DNA from: Octopus vulgaris
Taxonomy: Eukaryota
Assembly (NCBI GenBank): GCA_951406725.2
Contig: OX597827.1
Span: 84,506,001-84,570,000, forward strand
DNA length: 64,000 nucleotides
Reading direction: 5' to 3'
The notes under the pieces were generated by a model, which saw only the letters and a list, made by a program, of their open reading frames with translations, did not search any database and had not been told where the DNA came from. This document shows positions 46,334 to 57,110 of the stretch, piece by piece. Position numbers and translations under genes: made by a program. Every line of letters begins with the position of its first letter. Position 1 is the stretch's first letter.

Positions 46334-47123
46334 TATGTGTGTGTATCTGAAAGTAAACATATGTAAATGAGTCCAAGCCTATGTATGTATGTATGCATGC
46401 ATGGAGTGTGTGTGTAAGGGTATATGAATAAATATGTGTGTGGTAAGTGGAGTGTTTAACTTGAACTCTGTCAAACTTGCATACAGTTCAGTAATACCGA
46501 GACAGTATGGCCGAAAACATTTAAATGATTTGCTGCTGATCACGTGACTAACATTTAAATCATGTTAATGTAGCTTCATCTACCCGAGCGCTGGATTACA
46601 TTCCATCGTCCGGCAGAGTGTCCTTTTTAGAATACATAAATGTCCGTTGGTCGAAATGAAATCTTTTCTTACCGACAATGAACTAGATTTCTGGTGATTT
46701 TTCTAGAGCAGTGTTGTGTAGCTGAGTGCAGTATATTACAGGACAAAGCCGTAGAAAGCGAAGCAAGTACTAATTTCATCGTTGGCAAAATATCAATATT
46801 TGATTGACCAGGATACAGAAAAGTTTAACGCATCTGACTATTTCAAAAGTTGGTGCAGGACAACAAAGATCCTCACGTATAAAGTAACGGGTATTGATTA
46901 TATTCTTGTATGGTGCAGAATCATGAACCCTGTATCGCAACTAAACAGATTAAAGTAACTTGACAGTCTCCATCTTCCCATCTTCACAAAATCTGTAAGA
47001 AGCAGGATATAATACTCAATACAATCGTTAACGCTGTAAAATCAAAGAAACGTAGTCCAATCGATGTGTTGGTTAATCTGCGGTTTTTTTCCATTTTCAA
47101 ATTATTTGCATTATATAATGAGA

Positions 47124-47518
47124 CTAGCAGTATCGCCCGGCGTTGCTCGGGTTGTAAGGGAAATAACTTTATAAGCATTTTTAGAGAGTTATAGCCAAAA
47201 AATAGCAAAAAAATGCATTAAAAATTGAAAAAAAAATTAAGGTAAATTTTTTTTAAATCGTTGACACATCGTAGATATTTTTAGAGAGTTACTTCCCTTA
47301 TATAAAAGCGAAAAAAATGCATTAAAATGGAAAAATATGATGGTAAATTTTTTTTAAATCGTAGACTCATCGTAGACGCACGCTAATACCCAGAAGGGCT
47401 CGATATGAATCACGACTATAAGATACCCGCTTTTGGTTAAACTGCACCGCAAAATGTGGGAGTAGTTAGGAATCTAAATCGTAGGAGACAGACACACAAC
47501 TTCACTCTTATATAAAGA
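47124..47518 (-). mobile_element. Non-autonomous Helitron
   Basis: Minus strand begins A|TCTTTATATAAG and ends with hairpin CCCGAGCAACGCCGGG, a short spacer, then CTAG|T. It has an AT target and no TSD. Confidence 0.85.
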
Positions 47519-47814
47519 TGCTTTTTTTTTCAGTCATAGAGTTAGATTTATGAAGGTCTTCAGTAGAAAATCCTTCGAATTCTGACTCGCTGCTTGATAT
47601 AATGAAATTCGTATCCATTTTTTGTCAGAATTACAAATTTTGAAAACACAATAGGAACAAATTTCGGAAAAAAATCTCCCATAATTCACGGAATTAAAAT
47701 TACACTTCGATTTTTGTACAAAACTGTAGTTGAAGTGTTTACGAAGTATAATACGTGTTTTCACGAATGTACTAAAGAGATTTGCTCTGATATTCTCATT
47801 TAAATATGAATAGG

Positions 47815-47847
47815 TAAATTCGGGCGGCTTGGTAACGAAAGGGTTAA
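47815..47847 (-). mobile_element. Possible piggyBac-like terminus (one end only)
   Basis: Minus strand TTAA|CCCTTTCGTTACCAAG; the partner end was not found. Confidence 0.35.
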
Positions 47848-48804
47848 ACGGATGCATACATTTATTAATCTCTTATTATAATAACTATATATAAGTGTCG
47901 TCTGTTTATACATAAACACTGTTTCATACTGCAATTATATATACATATATCTATATATAATATTATATAATAAAATATATACAGAGTAAAATAAAAACCA
48001 ATTTACCTTTTCTGTATTGTTATAGCAATTCCACCGTCCGTGTGTCTTTGCAAATGTGTTGGAATGATAAGTGAGTTGTGTTTTGGCGCCTTTTTTACTT
48101 ATAACAAACACACACGTGTTTGTATGTAGTTGTATGTGTATGTAGTTGTATGTAGTTGTATGTGTATGCGTGTGTGTGAGGAATGACACACACACACACT
48201 CACGCACGCACACATGTACATCAATGCTTTCGGAGTGATATGTTAAAATATTGAGTTTTCTCGAATTTTGTCTTAATTGGTGGTAAAATTGAAAGAAATT
48301 TTTTATGGCATCACCCACTGAAGTACTCTGAAAAATCATGGGTACACTCTAATTGAAGAAATTGTGTGAGGAGTAAATCGTTATGTATTTATTTGTTTCT
48401 GTTTGCTGTGTTTTTTTATTTTTTTGAGTAGTGGTTTAAATACTTTCAGTTTAGTCTTCCTCAAATCACTCTGTCGCTATTTACTTTCATGTTATTCGTT
48501 GCACACTGTGTGTGTGCGTTTGCGTGTGCTGTAAACCAGACTAAGAAAAGCATTTGACATACACACCAGAATGTGAGTTTTCTGTAAATTTTGCTTAATT
48601 GGAGTTTAAATTTTAAAAACTGGACCTGGCATGACCCGATGCATTCTACTCTTAAAAATGCTAGGTAAATTGTAATTGAAGAAATCCTATATTGTAGATT
48701 TCTATAACTTACAAAGGGAGGCAGATAAAATCTGCCTTTTATAATAAGATATATATATATATATATATAATATGGTACATACATACATACATACAAAGTG
48801 ATAG

Positions 48805-49052
48805 TTTGTTGCCAACTTAATGTGGCAGTCCCAGGAAACAGAAGAATGCGTCTGCTATTTAGCCTCAGGAAACACCGTTTCCAGTTGGCTATATGACACA
48901 AGCGTTCTGTGTCCTTAAGTTTTCAAACAGGGGAGATAAGCACTTCCACCCAGCAAAGCCAGCAGCCAGAGACTAGTTTCAGAGTCATTGCTCTTCATCA
49001 GTCTGGAGTAGCTTGGCTTGCTAGCTGTCGATGCTTATTCACATTTGAGAAC
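48805..49052 (-). mobile_element. Solo Penelope pLTR / retrozyme-like unit, diverged relative of the 11733 repeat
   Basis: Same order of motifs (GCCA..TGGCA.TC, TTAGC, CA.CG, GACAC..TGT.TC, TTC.AACA.GG) followed by a hammerhead within a long hairpin. Confidence 0.7.
48966..49006 (-). ncRNA. Canonical type I hammerhead ribozyme
   Basis: Minus strand reads CCAGA-CUGAUGA-AGAG caauga CUCU-GAAA-CUAG-UC^-UCUGG. The core is complete and all stems pair. Confidence 0.85.
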
Positions 49053-49109
49053 TTATAGAAACAGGTGATTAAATTTGTTGTTACAAAGAGTTTTGTTGCT
49101 CTCTCGCTC

Positions 49110-50005
49110 AAATGTGTCCAACATAATAACCACGGGGGCTGCGTTCTTGGAAGTTAGGTGGTCAGGTGTTAGCGGTGATGTGGTCGCAGAAATTGTCTAA
49201 CAGCCATGACTTGGTTCTTCTGCTTCTGTGGCATGGTGCAGAGGGGCACCACTATCTCCGCCAGGCACTTGATGTAGGTTTCCTTGTTGAGTCTGTGGCT
49301 GTGTGGGAACATGAATGGAGGCATAACATCGCCATCACTAGTGATCACTCCAAACGCAATGGTATTGACTGGATGTTTGATTTTTATCGCTCTCGGTACA
49401 TGTTTTGAGAACACGGCAAGTCAACGGTTGTTCTGTGTGTTCACCATCTCATTCTGTCAGAAATTTATCTCGTCTGTGATAAACCAAAGTATGTTCGGTT
49501 GGAGGGGATGCTTGAGTTTGTTCAAAGGCTTTGTAGCGCGGTCTTTCCTCTTGTCCTTGGTGGCTTCGGATAAAAAATTTGCCCTTTCTCATCTTGTATG
49601 AGGAATACCTAATATATTAATGCACTACCTGCTTGATAAGAAACTCAGACACTGCCATGTCCCTGGCGATGGACCTGATTGACTTGGAGAGATCGTTGGC
49701 CTGGATCTCACCAACAAATTCAGGAGTTCTTATCAGAACAATCAGAGTGAGTTTTCCAAACTGCCCTACCTTCGCAATCACCATTAGACTCCTCCATCTC
49801 TTTCCGAATCCTCTGCACTGTTCTCAGATTGACACCAAAACACTCTGAAATGTTCGTACTGGAGCTTCTGGTGGGAATACCAAACAGTACAGCATGTCGT
49901 TTCCAAATTTTTGGCAGAGTGAATTGCTTCATGGTGCTATTTTTCTCACAGACGGTGCCCAACTGACCCTACTTATACTATGTAGTCGATAAAATCATAA
50001 ACAAT
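49110..50005 (-). mobile_element. Decayed Tc1/mariner-superfamily (maT/DD37D-like) transposase copy 1
   Basis: HTH region ISECFGVNLRTVQRIRKE, KHPVNTIAFGVITSDGDVMPPFMFPH, and DNFCDHITAN.*PPN (WPPNSPD-like) with frameshifts. Confidence 0.8.
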
Positions 50006-50214
50006 CCAACATTCTTAGATGGACTAAATGTGGTTACTACATGGCCTGGAGTATTGAACTCAACATAGTTGATGGGAGGAAGTGGAAAGTGCCCGATGAA
50101 AAGAGGAATGGAGATGAAGCAGCTCCGAAATGCAGATAGCATTGTAATAGAAAAGGCGGGAAAAGCGACAGCATATGGAAACCAAGGGTTGAAATGTTCG
50201 TGTTATGCAAATTT

Positions 50215-50791
50215 TTAAGTGATCTTTCTCTGGATGCTGTCTAAGTTGTGTATCAGCAGTGCCATTCTAGATTTGGTAGCAATACAGCCATGGCTGGGTT
50301 CTCCTGGTTGTGTGGCATGGTGCAGAGTCCTGTTGCCAGACATAGTGTCTTCCAGCAGACGCCCTTGTGATCCAGCGCAGCACTACCTTCTTCAGGCACT
50401 TGGTGTAGGCCTCCGTGTTGAGCCTGAGGCCGTGTGGGAAGATGAATGGAAACAACGTCACCATCGCATTTGATCACTCCAAACACCATGATGTTGACTG
50501 GACGTTTGATTATTATCACTCTCGGTACATGTTCTCAGATTGCACTGTCCTCAGACTGACCCCCAAACACTCTCAAATGTTCGCATTGGAGGCTCTGGCG
50601 TGAATGCCAAGCTGTACGGCATATCGTTTCCAAATTTCTGGCAGAGTGAATTCTGTTATGGTGCTGTCTTTCTCACAGATGGTTCCCAACTGACCCTACT
50701 ATACTGAGTAGTTGACGAAATCAAAAACAAACAACGCGCATGCGCGAAATAGAATGTATAAAATAGCGACAATTTACCCATCGCGTCCTGT
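50215..50791 (-). mobile_element. Decayed, internally deleted maT-like transposon copy 2 with one TIR
   Basis: PVNIMVFGVI, FIFPHGLRLNTEAY..YVWQQDSAPCHT; minus-strand terminus CAGGACGCGATGGGTAAATTGTCGC. Confidence 0.78.
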
Positions 50792-50947
50792 TTTTATATT
50801 GATCTATACCTATATACAACTAAAATTCTGTGATTGCTTGCGTTCTTGTCTGTAATTTAATACAGTCAAACCGGGGCATAATGAGAAAATACTCTGAAAG
50901 TAAGAACCCCTGAATTGTGAATACAAACGGAATAAAAGAAAAGATTG

Positions 50948-51112
50948 TTTGCCAACATAACATGGCAGTCCTGGTTTAGGACTAATGTTGCTGTAATTTA
51001 GCCCCAGGAGACATCGTCTCCAGCTGGCTGTACGACACGATGTGTCTTTATATTTTCGAACGAGGGGCTAAATTACAGTCCTAAACCAGGACTGCCATGT
51101 TATGTTGGCAAA
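50948..51112. mobile_element. Fold-back (inverted) pLTR fragment of the hammerhead-associated family
   Basis: 50948-51005 and 51064-51112 are reverse complements apart from an ~9-nt indel; homologous to 48805-48935. Confidence 0.75.
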
Positions 51113-51297
51113 CCATATTTACTACAAAGTACTGTTGCTGAATGTCTCACGTTGTGGGATTTAGAAATAGTAATTTTCTTTGGAATAAAAGAAGTTTCGC
51201 GTAAATCAAACCACGGATTCCCAAGATACGTGGGGTTTTTTCGGGTACCTTGAACTATTGGTGACCCAATGGGTCACGGGTAGTGTAGTCTAGTCTA

Positions 51298-51334
<37 letters not shown>

Positions 51335-51338
<4 letters not shown>

Positions 51339-51665
51339 TATATGTATGCATATGTATGTATGTATATGTATGCATATATGTATGCATATGTATGTATGAA
51401 TATGTATGCATATGTATGTATGTATATGTATGCATATGTATGTATGTATATGTATGCATATGTATGTATGTATATGTATGCATATGTATGTATGAATATG
51501 TATGCATATGTATGTATGTATATGTATGCATATGTATGTATGAATATGTATGCATATGTATGTATGTATATGTATGCATATGTATGTATGTATATGTATG
51601 CATATGTATGTATGTATATGTATGCATATGTATGTATGTATATGTATGCATATGTATGTATACAT
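51335..51665. repeat. 24-bp minisatellite (CATATGTATGTATGTATATGTATG) x ~13
   Basis: Direct reading; translates as the ICIHIHTY repeat. Confidence 0.92.
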
Positions 51666-51904
51666 ATTGCAGCAAATATTTGCAGCTTTTAATAAAGCTT
51701 GTCTTCGTATGAAACAATGGTACTGAAAAACTAATCCATTCTTGTTGCTTTTTTCTCGTTTATAATCACCCCACATTATTGTATGGTTAATACCATATAG
51801 TTTTCTGGTGCATCTAAGTTAAGTACCGCATTCAAGTGAATTCAATAGAACTCATTTGAATCTGAATTGCTTTTATATACATATATATACATATATATAT
51901 ATAC

Positions 51905-52295
51905 ATTATTTTTTTTCTCTAGTTTCAGCTCAGAGCTGCGGCCATGCTGATGCACCGCCGTTTTGTGCTACACTGTTATTGCGAAGAACCTCGTCTAATA
52001 TGTGGCACTTGGTGAAGAATGGAGTTTGATATAGCTACTCTCATTTGCACCTCTTGCCGTGAGGTAGGTTCATCTGGGATTCTCGACAGGAAGATGTCCA
52101 GCTTTGATTTAAAAACCGCTACATCTACTTTGTGCAAGTTCCTCAGACTCTTTGGGAGAATATTAAAAAGCTGTGGGCCCCTGAAACCCAGGCTGTTGCA
52201 GAAGCTGTTCCTGAAGCGTGATGGCATTGCTGGGATCTTTGGTACTATGCAGTGTCGTCCTATTCTAGCATTGGTGTAGCTTACAATGCCAAAAT
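51905..52295 (-). mobile_element. LINE subfamily C 3' fragment
   Basis: [42 protein letters not shown]. 3' motif GGCGGTGCATCAGCATGGCCGCAGCTCTGAGCTGAAAC; the tail abuts TA/TACA repeat. Confidence 0.88.
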
Positions 52296-52528
52296 GAAAG
52301 CAAAGAGGAAAAGGATCCTATAAACTTTAAACGGAGTCTGGATAGATTCCTTCAAGGAATACCAGATAAGCCAACCATAATTGGATACAACTCACCCAAC
52401 AAAAACTCACTACTTGAATGGACCATAAACAAAACTTGACTTAAACAGGATTTAGATAATCCTATCAGGTGGTGCTATTAAGTTAAACATGGTCTGGACC
52501 AATCTTTGGTCGAAACATATCTAAGTTT
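52296..52528 (+). mobile_element. LINE subfamily D 3' fragment
   Basis: Reverse-complement match to 55048-55265; ends CATGGTCTGGACCAATCTTTGGTCGAAACATATCTAAGTTT then (TA)n. Confidence 0.85.
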
Positions 52529-52559
52529 ATGTATGTATATATATATATATATATATGTA

Positions 52560-52912
52560 TATAATGCCAAGGACTTCAAATTTGCCATCAAGATGTAGGA
52601 CAAGATACTGTGATAGCCTGGGTTTCAAAAGTCCACAGCTCTTCAATATCCTCCCGAAGGACCTGAGAGACCTGCATGGGGTGGATGCAGATGTCTTTAA
52701 AATAAAACTGGATCTCTTCTTGTCAGGTGTCCCAGATGAACCAACTTCACGACAGGAGGTGCAGATGAGGGCACCTGCATCGAACTCTCTCATGCACCAA
52801 ATGGCAATTGCTAAAAAGCATTCGTGAAGTAAAATCATGTAGCAATACCAAATGGCGGTGCCCCAGCATGGCCACAGCTCGTGAGCTGAAACTAGATAAA
52901 GATAAAGAAAGA
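52560..52912 (+). mobile_element. LINE subfamily A 3' fragment with (GATAAA)n tail, (TA)n on both sides
   Basis: ORF 52555-52827 NLPSRCRTRYCDSLGF..PDEPTSRQ plus the shared 3' motif. Confidence 0.9.
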
Positions 52913-52928
52913 TATATACATATATATG

Positions 52929-52975
<47 letters not shown>

Positions 52976-53493
52976 CTATGTACGTATATATATATATATA
53001 ACAAAACTTACTCGGAGGAGATGAAACGAAACGAAAACGAATCGAATCGACGCGAGGGCGCTCAGTCATACAATAGTGTAATAAATAAAATATATGCATA
53101 CATACATATATGTACGTACCTACATGTATATATACATGCATATATAAATATATATACGTGAGTACAGGACACCACAAATAGACGTAGAACTCAACGAGAA
53201 ACGAAAACGTAAAAACAAACGTGGAAACGGACCTAAACGAAAAAAACAGAGTACAAGACAAACTACACAAGGAAAAATCCCCTCACACACATATTTGACG
53301 GGTAGTATAATCGTGGCTTTTACTTCATTATCACATCATGCCGGATCCTGGCTAGCGAAGTATTCCAAAATCAAAAGGAGATCTAAAAGACATCGATTGA
53401 TACAAATGGGAGCAGTACACAACTCCAAAGTAAGATCCAGCTGGTTTCAGCTCATTTCCCAACCCCGAAGTCTCTAATAAGATCCCACTACAT

Positions 53494-53791
53494 CAAGGGG
53501 TCTCAACCAATTTTTGTTCTTATTATGGACCTCCTTTGATTACTATTTTATTCTGGCTGACCCCCATAATAGTTCGATGTTTAAAATTTAGTTTTATAGA
53601 ATATTGTTTAGTAATGTGTCGGTTGAACTCTGTCAAATGTTAAAGAAATCTGTTTTTTTGCAATACATACCAATATGTATATCTAAAACAAATTTTTTTC
53701 CAGGGGCCCTTAAAATACTATTGTGGACCCCCCAAAATCTGATGTGGATCCTCGGGGTGGGGGGCATATGGACCCTGGTTGAGAACCACTG
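53494..53791. mobile_element. hAT (Charlie-like) MITE with 8-bp TSD
   Basis: TIRs CAAGGGGTCTCAACCA / TGGTTGAGAACCACTG; perfect TSD CACTACAT at 53486-53493 and 53792-53799. Confidence 0.92.
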
Positions 53792-54090
53792 CACTACATG
53801 ATATTTTGGGTAACCTTGGCTCAAGCGCTTTGTTGTGAGTGAAATTGAGTCGACAGAAATTAGAGAAAAGACCGTCCGATTCTACCTGAGAATTACAGTA
53901 AGGGTACATGTATTTATAGAGTGCTCAGCTACTTGCCCTTTAATTCAAGGGCAGATAATTCAGGTCTCGAAACTGAATTCTCATCGTAGAACGTCAGAAA
54001 TCTAGCGGTAATAGGACCCCCACCAATACACGCGCACAGACACAGACACACACGTTTGCATCGTGCATATAATCTCTAATATAGCGTGGA

Positions 54091-54193
54091 ATAAAGAATG
54101 GGTTGTTGATTCCCTCTGATGCTACTCATTATATACATATAATGACGGTAAACCTTGAGTAGCATCAGGGGGAATCAACAACCCATTCTTTAT
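54091..54193. repeat. Near-perfect 38-bp-arm inverted repeat (hairpin)
   Basis: 54091-54128 versus 54156-54193, one mismatch (a G-U pair on the + transcript), 27-nt loop. Confidence 0.9.
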
Positions 54194-54238
54194 ATATATA
54201 TATATATAACTTTTTTCGTAATGAGATAAAAAAAAAAG

Positions 54239-54290
54239 GTCTTACAGCTGTTACCAGGATATTTATTAATTATATCCCTTCATCGGAGAC
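54239..54290 (-). ncRNA. Degenerate hammerhead-like motif (probably inactive)
   Basis: Minus strand reads GUCU-CCGAUGA-A-GGGAUAU..AUAUCCU-G-GUAA-CAGCUG-UA-AGAC. Stems are intact but the core has U4C and GAAA>GUAA. Confidence 0.5.
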
Positions 54291-54452
54291 GGTGTAAGAA
54301 TATGGTTAAGTAATAGTTAATTTAGATAAGATACGACATAGATAGTGAGGTGGAGGAATGAAAATAGATGTGAGATATGCAGGGATATTGCCTTTGTAGA
54401 TCCATTATTTAGGCAGAATGGTATACATATAAGATTCCAATATCTTATGAGA

Positions 54453-54967
54453 AAAATCCAACAGCATTTAAAATTGTTCATTCCAAATATAGAGTTTATA
54501 CAGTGTTATTGAATCCAGTGTTTTATTTAAAGTGACCTAAAAGTAGAGAATGTTTTAGTAGGGTCAAATCGAAAGCAGGAAGCGAGGTACAAAGAGAGAG
54601 AAAATAGAGAAAAGAAAGAGAAGAAAATAAGAAGAAAAATAATAAAATAATAGAAAAAATTCAAATAAAAACAGGAAGAGTGGAATAAAGAAAAGAAAGA
54701 AAGAAAAAGGAAAAACAATGAAGAGATAGTAAGGGAAAGTGTACCAGTTAGTGGTCAGTGGAGATAGTTTGAAAGTAGGAATGGGGAGATAAGGGTCAAC
54801 TGACCACTAACTGGTACACTTTCCCTTACTATCTCTTCATTGTTTTTCTTTGACCCTACGAAAACATTCTCTACTTTTAGGTCACTTTAAGTAAAACACT
54901 TGAGTCAATAACACTGTGTTATAAGCTCTATACTTGGAATGACCAATTTTAGATACTATTGGATTTT
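54453..54967. repeat. Long inverted repeat (arms 54453-54759 and 54799-54967), Penelope-like inverted pLTR
   Basis: The inner ~50 bp is perfect and the outer part diverged. The left arm has an extra ~140-bp GA-rich tract. It lies next to the hammerhead-like motif. Confidence 0.8.
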
Positions 54968-55015
54968 AGCACTTATTCAGCCTTACCTGACACTTTTGGG
55001 TCTCACTGACATCAT

Positions 55016-55047
<32 letters not shown>

Positions 55048-55052
<5 letters not shown>

Positions 55053-55836
55053 TAGATATGTTTCGACCAAAGATTGGTCCAGGCCATGTCTAACTTAATA
55101 GCACCACCTGATAGGATTATTCGAATCCTGTTTAAGTCAAGTTTTGTTTAAGTAGTGAGTTCTTGTTGGGTGAATTGTATCCAATTATGGGTGGCTTATC
55201 TGGTATTCTTTGAAGGAATCTATCCAGACTCTGATTAAAGTTGATGGGATCCTTTTCCTCTTTGATCTCCCTCGGGACAATGTTAAATAGGGCAGGGCCT
55301 GTTGAGGAAAAGAAATTATGTTGCAGTGTACATGTATGTTGTGATCTTGAATTGGGCAGGGGACGTATAGCCCGTGGTCCAAGTCTTGGATGAACCTTGA
55401 AGCTAATGTTTAGGTCGTTTGGGCAAAGTTGGCGGTATTATTTTCCACATCGTACAAATGATGTACCGCTCACGGCGACGCTGGAGGGAGTAAAGTTTCA
55501 AGGCTTTAAGGCGATCCCAATAATCGAGAGCAGCCATGCCTTCAATTCGTTTAGTGAGTGCCCTCTGGGGTGACTCAATTCTGGAAATGTTTTGTCTTGT
55601 GTGAGGAGACCACAGTGGGCAGCAGTATTCAAGGTGTGGCCGTACAAAGGAGGAAAAAAGTGGTATGATGACACCTTGTTCTCTGGACCGGAAAGTTCTT
55701 AAGATCCAGGAACTCATCCTACAAGCTATATCGACCTTCTTGTTGATGTGTGCACTCCAACTGAGATCGTCATCAACAATTACACCCAGGTCTCTGATAT
55801 TGTTAGAGGCTGTGAGCGGTTCCCCTGAAGGAAGAG
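55048..55836 (-). mobile_element. LINE subfamily D, 5'-truncated
   Basis: ORF 55403-55876 IRDLGVIVDDDLSWSAHI..RPHLEYCCPLWSP..YWDRLKALKLYSLQRRRERY; the 3' end abuts (TA)n at 55021-55047. Confidence 0.9.
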
Positions 55837-56158
55837 AGTATACATACACATACATACACACACAAGCTACAAACACATATCTACCGAATAGTGATGTTCT
55901 AAATTGCTGTAACTGAGGAAGGGCTACGTAATGGGTACATTTCCTATTATATATAACGCAAACCTGGAACGTACATAGTAAATAATTTCAAAGTATCACT
56001 ATTTGTAGTGACTTTCTTATTACGGCTTATATGACTCGATGCCCGTACAAACCAACCGGTCACGACCCACTAAAATTTAACAACGATTTTGTGTAGTTTG
56101 CTATATTTGATTCGAGTCGAAAATCCTGGTGCATTGCACTGATTTTTAACGTTACACG

Positions 56159-56236
<78 letters not shown>

Positions 56237-57077
56237 AATATATTGTTAATGCACATTAAATTAATATTTGAACAACTATCACTCAAGAATGCATTACACA
56301 GGCCAATCGATCTCTCTCATACAGGCCTTTTCTCAACATATAACTGAAAGAAGTTCGATTGGTTTTTCTTTTTCATTTCACAAAGATTTTTCTGTACAGA
56401 CAAGGTGTTACATCTGTCTATATATACCTTGTTGGCTAAAAATCTAGGGGTATATATTCCGTATAGCACCGAAACGAAACACTATTAATGCAATAATAAT
56501 AATAACAATAAAAACAATAGTAAGAGAATGATGAAAAAGAATAATGTGTGTGTGTGCGCTTGCGTGCGTGTTTGTAAGAACAATTTTCTTCCTTTTCTTC
56601 ACAAATCTGTTTTCCTTTCCACCAAACTCAACTCGTGAATAATTTATTATTGCCAAAATAATTTTTTCGTCTGAAAAAATAAAATCTCTGGTCACGTGAT
56701 CACATTATTTTTGGCTTAACTGCAACATGATGTAGATAGATTATTTCTTTAAACACACACGCGCGCACACAAGTATTCATCGACACAAAAACAGGTGCAC
56801 ATATCAAATAGAAATGCAATTCTCTCTCTCTTTCTCTCTCTCACACACATGTTTATGTATATGTGAATCGATTTTATGTACATACACACACACATAAGTA
56901 TGCACACATATACACACATTGTGGTGCGTGTCTACTGTTGCTTGCAGATGTATGCGCGCGCACACACACACACACACACACAGTCAATTCAAATAAACGA
57001 ATAAAAATCGAATAAAAACGGACATCATGAGGACATTCACAAGAACTGTATTAGCTTGACGTTCGGTGAAAAGAGAG

Positions 57078-57110
57078 TTTGACGTTTCGAGCATGGCTCT
57101 TCGTCAGAAA
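57078..57110 (-). ncRNA. Minimal PLE-type hammerhead motif (weak stem I)
   Basis: Minus strand reads UUU-CUGACGA-A-GAGC cau GCUC-GAAA-CG-UC^-AAA. Confidence 0.55.
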
